The position numbers and the translations under genes were made by a program. This document shows positions 53,722-64,000 of a DNA stretch of 64,000 nucleotides, piece by piece (positions within the stretch are counted from its first letter, which is position 1; the number at the start of each line of letters is the position of its first letter). The notes beneath the pieces were generated by a model. It did no database searches and had not been told where the DNA came from. It saw nothing but the letters and a program-made list of their open reading frames with translations. This DNA comes from Chlorokybus atmophyticus (taxonomy: Eukaryota > Plantae > Mesostigma and Chlorokybus algae). Location: NCBI GenBank assembly GCA_009103225.1, contig RHPI01002368.1, positions 401,397 through 465,396 of the forward strand, given 5' to 3'.

Positions 53722-56700
53722 TTAGCGAAGCACCGGGCGGCTGAAGTGCAGAGCCAGCGGCTTCACGACAAACATCATGAACGTGGCGAAAGACGCCAGG
53801 ATGGCAATGGAGCGGCCAAGATGGTCCCATGACCACGAGAAGAAGCCGAGCACCTGTTGACATTGAGGCACCAGTGAGGCACAGACTCAACCACACGAGG
53901 GATTGACAGTCATAACAGTTTGCTAACACTCACCTGATCACCAGTGGCGAACTCGTTGAGGAGAGGGTTGCAGCGTGTAGGCCAGTCAGTGTTGTCGGCG
54001 CATGAGAAGCTGAGGCCATGGAGTTCATTGGAGCTTGCAGCCTGCACATGATGGCGAATCAGACTGTGAGCCTTCTATTCGCTTCACCCGCATGACATGC
54101 AATATGTGTATGAAGTGCACTTTACCTCCATGAAGTAGTGCGTGGGGCTGATCCAGTACAGCCAGCTCCTCCAGAAGCGAGGCATGGCTCGGTATGTGAT
54201 GAGGAAGCCGCCGGTCAATGCAAGCAGCGCACCCGCTGGTGGACCAATAACAGCAGCTTCCACCTTCATGAGTCACAATACATCAGCGACAAACATGACT
54301 AGAAACAATTTGATTTGAGCTTTGCTTTCATATTTTGTGGACAAGCGTGCATGGTCATACCTTGTCCTGAGCAACAATGCCCACAATCTGCCCAATGAGG
54401 ATAAGCATCCAGGAGAACACTCCCTGGATGCCAAACTGCGTCCACATGCGTCCTGGCAGAGGGTTGAGCCCTCCAATGTAGTAGTACATGAAGAAGAAGC
54501 AGCAGTGCTGTACGAAGAACCATGGCAGCTCGGTCACCAGGGTGGCAATGTTGAACGCCCACAGCCCGTATCTGCAAGACAAGAGTATTGTTAGACTCAA
54601 TAACTGTTAATATGAGCTTGTTAGGGCTGCTGCTATGCAAGAGATGATTCTGTTTGGCATGCGCACGACACTTACGTCCGGGAGCGGTGCTCCTTGAAGT
54701 ACAGAACACGCGTGTCAATAATAGGGTTCATGGCAAGCAGCTCGGTGGCCACCTGCAATGACCAATTGTCAAGTCGAGAAACAGGACAAACGACTTCAAG
54801 GAACCCAACATACAGAAGTGTGCATGTAGTCCAAAAAATCTTTACCTGCATGGCAGCCAGGTTGAAGAAGAAACCGCAGCGGCCAATTGTGCCATTCTGG
54901 TTGAGCGGCAGCCGGAAGAACAATGTACCCATCACAAAGCCCTGGAAATGCCAGTTGGTCAGCGATGATACATGCATTGCATATGAGTTAAGCGCCAATT
55001 GCATGCAAGGCTATTTAAGCACCTGGACTGCATTGGCAGCCAGACGCGAGTACTGATAGTAAGGGTCACGCCACATGGCCAAGCTGTGTCTCTTGATGAG
55101 AGCGCCAGTTTGAGTGGCGAAGCTGGTGGTAAAGTTTGTCTTCAGCTGTGGCACATCTGCAGGCACCAGCGGGATGGAGTTCGCGGTCCGCGGTCCGGTT
55201 TCCGACTCAGACTGAGGTTCATGCAAAGGGTCAGATGGCAGCCAGGCAAAGTGCAGCAAGCTGTAGCAAACCGCAGCATGCGTGCCGCACCTTGCCAACA
55301 AGGTGGCGAGTCTCCTTCATCAGAGGAGAGTGACGGTAGGACTCAGCGAGTTCCACCTGTGTTGCGCGATCGCCACCACTTGCAACCTCCAACAGATACT
55401 CTGCCGGGTTCTTCTCCATAGGGCAGGAGTAACCAACCGCGCCTGTAAAGCAGAGAGGTTGATAAATGACAGAGTCCACATCCCACCATAGCCAGTGACC
55501 AAGTTCAGCCAGCTGGCATTACCTGCCAGATAGCCAAGAACGGCAGATGCGTCCTGGCCAGTTGGGCCAAAGTAGATCATCTGGCCCAGGTTATTGAGGA
55601 GCAGAACTGAGTCAAACAAAGAGAATAGTTCTGCGGATGGCTGGTGCACAACTGCAGGAAACAAAAGATGATAGTCAGTAAGGGGGCTTTGCACTTAGAA
55701 GCTTGCAGCGTGCCAAAAGCAGGGCTTACCAGCAAGCACAGTGCGGTTGCCAGTGTCTGCAAGTGTGCGGATGGCCTTCATGACTGTCAGCGCGCCAATG
55801 GCATCGAATCCAGATGTTGGCTCATCCATGAAAAGCAAAGAGGGGTTCGACATCAACTCAACGGCAATTGTCAGGCGCTTGCGAGCATCTGCTGCCAAGC
55901 CACTCTGCGCAAAAAAGTACAATTGAAACTTGCGCCAAACACCACAATCGCACATATTTGTCAGTCAGCCAACTCTCCTCATTGAGGAAAAACCCCTACC
56001 TCCCCAGGAACGCCGATAATATGGTTCTCCACTGGCCCCAGGCCCATCAAGGCAATTGCAACTTCAACCATCTCCAACTTTTCGGGCATAGACACAGCGC
56101 CTGGCAGCCGAAGAGTGGCGGCGAAGACCAGTGCTTCGCGCACTGTGGACTGCTTCAAGTGCACGTCACTCTTTTCAACGTAGCTGCAAACAACACTTCT
56201 CAGCATACGGCGTATCAGTCAGTAGCACAACCAGTGCAACCACCACTCGTATGCCAGCTGTCCACTGTACTCGAGCACTAGCAATAATCATGGTAATGTG
56301 GGTAACATGCCACTGCATCCTACCCTGTCTGCTCCCTGAAGTTGGGTGCACGAGGAGCTCCATTGATGAGGATCTGACAACAACAATGAGTCAAATAACA
56401 GTCCAAGACGAGCACAATTGTACATCCAACAACCTCAAACCATGCTGCTTACCTCGCCTTCACTTGTGCCCTGATTCTTTACGCCAGCAAGAATGTCAAG
56501 CAGCGTGGTTTTGCCTGCACCTGATGGTCCCATGACCGCCGTAACTGTGCCAGGGACGGCATACCTATGGCCAAACCACATGTGAGACGCCCTGTATTTC
56601 CAACCGCCATGTATGAAGTGACAAGGCAGAGTGCCTGCAGAGTTGCACTTGTCCCATTGCATGACTAGAGTTACCCTGTAACGCCAGAGATGAGAAGGCG

Positions 56701-59700
56701 CTTGCGCTTGGTCTTGCTGCCCAGTGCCTCCTTGGTGGCTGTCTCAATGGAATAGCAGACATCTGAGAAGGAGAAGTACGCGGGAACAAAGTACTGCTGG
56801 ACAAACGCTGGGGGAGCTGGATTGGTTTCCTCCTTAGCCGCATTGACAGGCTCGAGCTTCTCAACCTGAACTGCCGGCCTGTGGCGAGCGATGCTGTTGG
56901 TTAACAAAAACGACGAGTGGAAGGCAGTACAATGATGCATGTATGCTAGCATGGATACCTTGTGCGCCAGTTGAAGTCATACAGGCCCCATGGCAAGCAC
57001 AGCCAGATGGTGGAGACAGCTGTGAAGAAGAAATAGAACAGGTAGACGGCCAACAAGTCAACCCACATGCGCCACCTCTCCACACCGCGGATGTCATAAA
57101 GGTTTTGAAGGTAAGCCTGGACAGCAGGCATGATGATGCATCAGTGGCTGGCTACAACCGAAGGAGAACGTCCAACAGTCAGTTTGCAAGACAGTGTCTA
57201 TGTGCTGCACCTCAGCAGGCACCACTCGTGGAACCGGGAATACGCCAGGGGGTGCAAGGATAGGGGGTGGCTCGAAGACCTCACCCTTGAACTCATTGAT
57301 AAACCTGCGTGGACAGGTGTTGGGAGGATTGCATAACACCTTACACAACCGTAAAGCACTGAATATGCTTGATAAGCTCACCATCCCTCGATGACATAGC
57401 GCATAGGGTTGATCCAGTAGAACCACTTCCAGCCATTGGGAATAGCATCCTTTGTGACGACGAAGCCCGCAAAGAACAGTGTCATGACAGCCAGTGTAGG
57501 ACCTATGGCCTGCGGTGGCGCATACCATCAGTAAGCTGCGCATCACAACAACATGGCAGCAGCCTGCATTTGGGTCCAGTCAACTCAGCGTGCCTGCGCA
57601 ATCTCAATGCGGGGAGAAAGGACTCCCAGCATGCGGTGCATGCCTGACGACTGCAGGTCGCACGCCAAGAACATAAACATGTAGAAGAAGAAGTTGCCTG
57701 CAAGCGAATGCATGATGTCAACACATACAACAACTTGACATTGATTGGGCTTTGTTTCGCTAAGTACTTGTTGCATCGCTTCACTGACCAGCTCTCTGGT
57801 TGAAGCCACCAAACCAGTATGTGATGCAGCAGAAGACAATGGTGGTGATTATGGTCCACAAGATGTCTTCAACCGTGAGCGCCAGGAAGAAAGCAGGAGA
57901 CGAGAACAACTTTGCACGTCGCTGCTTGTAAAACAACTCGCGCTGCCAACAAAAGGGCCAACTAAGGATATGGTGGTGTGATCTTTGAACCGTACATGCT
58001 TAGCATTTGGTCTCTGTACCTGAATGAAGAACTGGCTCATCTGCACATATGAGGTGTTCACAACGTAGGTGATAATATAGAACAAATACCCTGCCCTTGT
58101 GATAAAGCCAAGGAAGCTGTAGTCCACCTGTTATCATCATCAAGCATGTTAAGCATGTTAACAATGATCTCAACAAGGCAAATTGCATAGTACAAGTTGG
58201 CCACAAAGCGAGGACACAAGTAACTTTATTCAAGTACCTGCCACCACATGGTGCCACTGACGATACCGACCAGAACATAGTTCATCAAGCGTTGCACTAA
58301 AATCGACGGCTTGCGAGTATTGGCCAAGAATTGGCGCCACAGACATGCCTACCAACACGGAGACTGGTTTGTAACAGGCATAAGTACTGGCAGCAATGCA
58401 AGTGGTAGTTTGCAAAATACAACTCACCCAGAACTGTGCAACAAAGCCAACAGCATAGGTGGAGCCCATCGGGTGAGCCGATGAGCGTGGCACGCTTTGC
58501 TGCAGCTTGGTATTGAGCATCTTTGCGAGGTTGGACTGCGAAAATGTCGCAGCGAAGACCTCACCACCGGTTGGTACTCGCGTTGCATTTGGCGCCAACA
58601 ACCTACCAGTGTGGCAGTCAGCAACACACAACACAGGGGCGACTCAACACATGCGCATCAAGCACTTACTGCTGTCCATTAGGCACCATGACGTTTTCCA
58701 CGAAGTCACCCACTGACATGCGGGGAGGCTTGACAAAACCAAGAGATCCAAAATAGTTCAACACGAGGTTGCTTGGACCAAAGTATGCAAGGTAGCCCTC
58801 ATGGAGAATGCACACTGTATCAAACTCGTTGTAGATGTCGTCCGAGGCCTGTAGCCCAAGACAGCAGTCAGTCCATTTCCCCAAGAAGTGCTTTGTGTGC
58901 AGCGTGATGCTGGCAGTGAGCAGACGATCCAGACACAGTTTACTGCTTACTACTTACTTGCTTCATTGTCGCAACAACGCTGAAGTTGAGCTCATCAGCA
59001 AAGACGCGCAACATCTTTGTCAAGTTGAGCGCAACCACGGAGTCAAGCCCATTATTTGGCTCATCAAGGCACAAAACAGGGGCTCCTGTATTAGCACGGA
59101 TAGTGAGTACATGCACACATAAACCTATATGGCACCTGCATGCGGGTTCTGAGGCTGACCTGAGGCGCCCATTTCACCGATTGACACTCGGCGCTTCTCA
59201 CCACTGGACACACCGCGATAGTAATCATCTCCAACCCATGTTTCCGAAACATGGGTCAGACCTGTTGGCACACACGGCAGCATGCTGTAAGTGTGACACA
59301 TGGTTTGCAGTTACGCCTCACATGCTGTGCAACTTACCAAGCAGCCGCAAGGCAACATCAGCACGAGTGCCACTGAGCACGTCTTCAGATTCAGCAGACA
59401 GAACGACCTGTCGGGGCAGGTCAGTACGGAGTACAGCGGCAAAATGCCAGGCAGCATTTGGCATATCCTGTGCACACCTTGTTGACTGGCGCAGCAGCGT
59501 TGGCCTTAGGCACCATCAGGTATGACGCAAAATCAAAGGTTTCGCGAACCTGGGCAAGGGAGTTGAGGGTGAAGCACATGATGTGGGTACTTGTCACCCT
59601 TAGCAACAAGATACCAAGACTGACCGTCAGGACAGGTTGGTGCAGATCATTTGAATCCACAAAGGCCACAAGTCTGTTCAGGTCGGGGCCTGCTTCAGCT

Positions 59701-61612
59701 CCCCGATACAGAATCTTTCCCCAGGTATCACCGACACCAGCCTGCCACAGACAACATCAAGATAATGCAATTGCCATCCTGCCTGCCATGCTTGAGCCAT
59801 TTAACTCTATGATGCTATCAAAACTGTTGCTGCGCACAAGGCATTACAATAAGATGACAACATGCATGACAGTCATGCTGGACAGCAAAACATTGGACAG
59901 ACAAGCACCTGTTGCAGGCGCTGTGTGAGCAAGTTGATCAAAAGCGTCTTGCCAGCCCCAGGAGGACCCAGCACCAGGACCATAGACCCTGGATCCGCGA
60001 ACCCTGACACTCCATGCAGCAGCTTCTTGTAGACTTTCCTTGTAGGCGTAAGCACTGTTCCCAATGCTGAGACCACAGTTGGGACCTGCACATCCGTGTG
60101 AGAGCTGTCGGCTGGAAGCCTTGCATGCAAGGTCATATCCATAACCCATGACGACAGTCACCTCCTGTTCGGGATCCACCGTCACTGAGTACATCACGTT
60201 CTCCCAAGAAATGGGGCATGGCGGAGGTGCAACCTGCCAATCAGTGTTAATCAGCAGCGCATTATGCAGTGCTGGCATGGAAACAGGAACAGGGGAACTA
60301 ACTGGCGCTGACCCTAAGCTGACTGGTCCATTGCTGTGATGCGCATGCATGCACTCTTAAAGCAACACAAACATGCTTACGTCCAGCTCGCGCATCTTGT
60401 GGGCAAACGCGCGGACATCTGCGAGGCGAGCGGCAGCTGCGGCATGTGTGATTGTTGCGACTGCAACACACAAACCTGGTGAGTACACAGCTCGCCAACA
60501 CAGGTGGCAAGTGTGACCGCAACATGCAGCGAATGTGCTGCCAGGCAATGTAGGCCCTACAGGCTGCTTACTTTTGGAGCCCTGCTCGCCAGTCTGGGCC
60601 CAGGCATCCGTGCGTGGCTTTGATGGTGGCCTGATTGGGGCCAACTTCACCTCAAAGGTCTCCCCGCCGCTGAATGGCGAGCGTGCAAGGTCCATGGCCT
60701 CCTCCTGAAAACGAGATTCACTGATGAGGAACTGCATTGTGTGTATGCATAACAGGACACTAGGCTTCAAGCTTAACGCTCAAGTACCGCGCAAGCACAC
60801 ACTGACTGCAACGACATTGGTTAGCGTCTAGTCCACAGGTGGACTAGACGCTGACCAGTCAACGTACATGCCTTGGCGCACACACTGACAAACCATCTTT
60901 ATTGACACCTGGTTTTCATGTGGCTTGCCTTGGCTTGGGAACTAGTCAGCAAGTTCCAAAGCCCAGGCAAGCCACATGACCAGCAGCACAGAGTCTGTCG
61001 AACACAATCTGCTCCACCGTCACATCACACAACCACCATCACGTCACCACACGACATTGTCCTCCATCTAGGCGGTGCGAGATTGGCCGCTTGACAACAC
61101 AATGCCAGAAGACAGCCATGTAAGGTCAGCATCACGCTTGCAGTGGGGGATACTGATTGAACCATCCTACAAGGTCTGGCTAACAACCTGTCGCACTGAA
61201 CAGCTAAGGCGCAGTAAGAACACAGCACACTGGAAGCCCAGGAATGCCGATGCTACTGGGCAACAACCAAACAAGCAGGCAAGGCCGAATTCTGAGAGAC
61301 AATGTCAGTGGCCTCGACAAAGTGGCAACCATTGTCAACGCACATAGAATGCACAGTACAGCTAAGCGCTGATTGCTGGCAAGTCGAGAAACATCAACTG
61401 GACAGTCACAAAGCCAGGTTCCAAGAAAGTGGCACCAGGCTGTCAAGCAGCATGAAACTGTGTAAGGAAAGCACTTGGTGAAGCAACGCCGTCCCCACCT
61501 TTAGGTCACCGTTGGGGCTGGTCATGATGGGATGGCTGCGCAAGTTGCCGGAGTTTTGCCGGCCGACCGGCGACGTCCCAGAGGCAGCAGAAAAGCTGGA
61601 GCGCCGCTCCAT
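53722..61612 (-). CDS. Full-size ABCG/PDR-type ABC transporter (NBD-TMD)x2
   Basis: NBD1 [50 protein letters not shown]; TMD1 GFSSFAGFVV..HWLEVVL; NBD2 [63 protein letters not shown]; TMD2 RVLYFKE..TELPW..LTGGFLI..WLYWISP; TAA at 53722. Confidence 0.93.
60818..60857. repeat. Near-perfect inverted repeat (19-bp arms) in ABCG intron 1
   Basis: tggttagcgtctagtccac-ag-gtggactagacgctgacca, 18/19 complementary. Confidence 0.85.
60917..60978. repeat. Inverted repeat (27-bp arms, 8-nt loop) in ABCG intron 1
   Basis: catgtggcttgccttggcttgggaact-agtcagca-agttccaaagcccaggcaagccacatg, 25/27 complementary. Confidence 0.88.
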
Positions 61613-62725
61613 CAGTAAATGTAGCTAGGCCAGCAAGGCCTGGTTATCCTCGAACCCGGGATTACAGCCTTGGAGCCCACGACGACAACGACGTCGTCGC
61701 CGCCGCCATGCCCCCGCCGCCCCAGGCTGAGCTAACTGAGCAGCAAGGTAGTGAGCTACATTGTCCAGCTAAAGCAGCTGCAAAGCTGAACGCCCCGCTC
61801 AGAGCGACGTCGCGCAAAAATAAACTAACCCGTTTGCAGCAACCGTCAAACCTGACTGCCGTTCGTACACTGCATCGACAGTTTTACAACATCCTGACCC
61901 TAACAAGGACTCCATACAGAGGTGTTCTCCTTCCCGCCGTAATTGCACATTGGTTAAAGGGACTTTGGTAGGCTACGGGCTGTTTGCTTGCATGAACTTG
62001 TTGCTGCTCCTAGGACACGACCTTTGCTGCCTGCAAACGGGACGGCGAGACATGCGTCTCGGATGCTGGGCAGGTGCTGCCGTTCTGTTGTAAAGGTGAA
62101 GCGCTGTCTCATGCCGGGCAGGCCCGCGGCAGCAATGGATTGCACTGCGGTAGGTACAACAAAAGAGACGCATTTTCCCGGTTGCGTGCCTCGGCGGCCT
62201 TGGTATCTTGCTACACCTAAATTGGTCACCTGTAACCACTGCTTTTAGTTTGTCGGTGGTTCGGTTGACTGCTAGCTTAACTGCTTCTGCGCTGACATGT
62301 TGGTTATGTCACAACTCACTGGCTATGGTCCTGCAAGTTGGTTGAGCTTAACCGGACATGCATGACCTGCGAGGATATTTAGCAGCGGGTGACGTAACCG
62401 GGGACGCGTATCTGCTGCGCGCTACACACGTCGCAGTGTCGCTTGCATTACGCCTGCAGACGCCGCCAATGATGGATCTAAGCATACAGACCGATTTTTG
62501 CAAAGGAGAGAAATTCTTGGTTGTGCCCAAGGCGTGCACTAACTCGACATTATGTGATCACCGCAATGACGTCACGCAGTCACGTGCCTTTCGACATCCG
62601 TTTGGCGTTGATATCAGCATGTGTGACATACGGCTCGCTCTGATGTAGCGCCGACCAGGCCAGGTGTTGTCGGGGCAGGCTGTAGAGGCCAGGCCGGAGG
62701 CTGCGGTGGCAACGGCGACGGCGGC

Positions 62726-63145
62726 ATGCGCAGCGGGGTGATTCTGATTGTTGTGCTATTGGCCGCCGTCTGTGTCCAGGAAGTGGCGGCTGCCAGCAAG
62801 AAGGCGAGACTGAGGGTAAGCATGCCGCAACACCAGGCCAGTTCAGGCCAGACCAGGCCAGAGCAGGCCAGCAGCGTTGTAGACTCAACTACACACTGTC
62901 TGGCAGGAAAAGGATCTGGTGGCGCTGCGGACTGCATGTGAAGAAAGAGTTTCTGGGTAAGTGCTGGAGTTGTTGTCTCCATGAATTGGTGATGTGCTGA
63001 TGAAGTCGTCTTGTTGCTGAGCAGTGTCGAAGCGTGCTTAGAGTCGGCCGCAGCCAGAGAAAACTGTGTTTTGAAGTGCGCATCACCATCATGCTATGAC
63101 AAAGTGTACGCTTCAGACCCGGTAACGACTTGCGCACAAGCTAGA

Positions 63146-63243
<98 letters not shown>

Positions 63244-63620
63244 TCCTTCATGTGCATGTGCGTGCGTGTGCGTCTGCGTGTGCACTCATACGTTGTTCAC
63301 TTTGCTAGTAGTATGTGTGATTTGCATGGTTGTGGTCTGGCAGATGTCTGACGTCATTCAACATGAGTGCTGCAGTTGGAGGATGGGGAAATAGATTCCG
63401 AACGTGGACGGGCATTCCGTGCATGTGCCCGCATGTGAGTGTACATGTTGTTGACAATCGGTGTGACCTGTCACGTTGTCCATGTGCAACAAGTGTGTAT
63501 CAATCAACACACCCGTCTTGTTGCTGCAGTGATGATGCTCGTTGTCTATGCTCATGTGGCTAACTCTGATCATGCAGGGAACTGCGCACGCGGATGGTTG
63601 AGTTGGAGCGCACCACTTGA
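62726..63620 (+). CDS. Small secreted Cys-containing protein, DUF4787-like
   Basis: Signal peptide MRSGVILIVVLLAAVCVQEVAA; EKDLVALRTACEERVSG|VEAC..ENCVLKCASPSCYDKVYASDP|LEDGEIDSERGRAFRACARM|ELRTRMVELERTT*; splice phases consistent. Confidence 0.8.
63149..63232. repeat. (TC)n microsatellite, ~42 units, in a DUF4787 intron
   Basis: Pure tc run. Confidence 0.97.
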
Positions 63621-64000
63621 GACAGGTTATGGTTGCAGCACAAGTAACTATAATCAAGTTGATCATGAGGTAATTGCAGTTGGGATTCAAGCGCATCGCT
63701 GAAGCAAGCCAACAATAATGCGAGTACATTGTGGGCAGTCTCGAAGAGACAATGAGCTCGTTGTAAAGCTACTTCTGTTCACTTTGTACATGCGAGTAAT
63801 GCAAGTCTCACATGCTTATATTTTTTCAAGTGCGGATACATTACTACGAAATAATGCTAGCATGTATGGCATAGTGTCTTAGACTTATGTACACATACAT
63901 CTATTGCACGCATGCCATATGGTCACATGCGAGATAGTGTTGCTAGCAAGCAAGGCGACATCCTTGATGAGAATGATGCGGTGGCAAACAAACCCACATA

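Overview
Intron-rich eukaryotic genomic DNA from a flagellate green alga (inferred from a Chlamydomonas-like Tctex-1, a plant EMF2-type Su(z)12 and a Pro-rich wall-type protein; lineage not resolvable). Standard genetic code. I hand-spliced 11 multi-exon genes that alternate strand perfectly: GT29 sialyltransferase-like (+), EMF2/Su(z)12 (-), family-16 methyltransferase (+), Tctex-1 (-), two-MA3 PDCD4-like (+), a carnosine synthase 1 (CARNS1) homolog (-), synaptotagmin (+), PQ-loop transporter (-), Pro-rich type I membrane protein (+), full-size ABCG/PDR (-) and a DUF4787-like protein (+). The convergent gaps hold two decayed RLE-type non-LTR retrotransposon fragments and a ~720-bp tandem duplication. 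Most notable: the CARNS1 homolog is spliced in frame behind an M20 dipeptidase-fold domain that appears to have lost its metal ligands and catalytic Glu. Gene spans include introns. Family assignments are motif recognition from memory; no searches were run.
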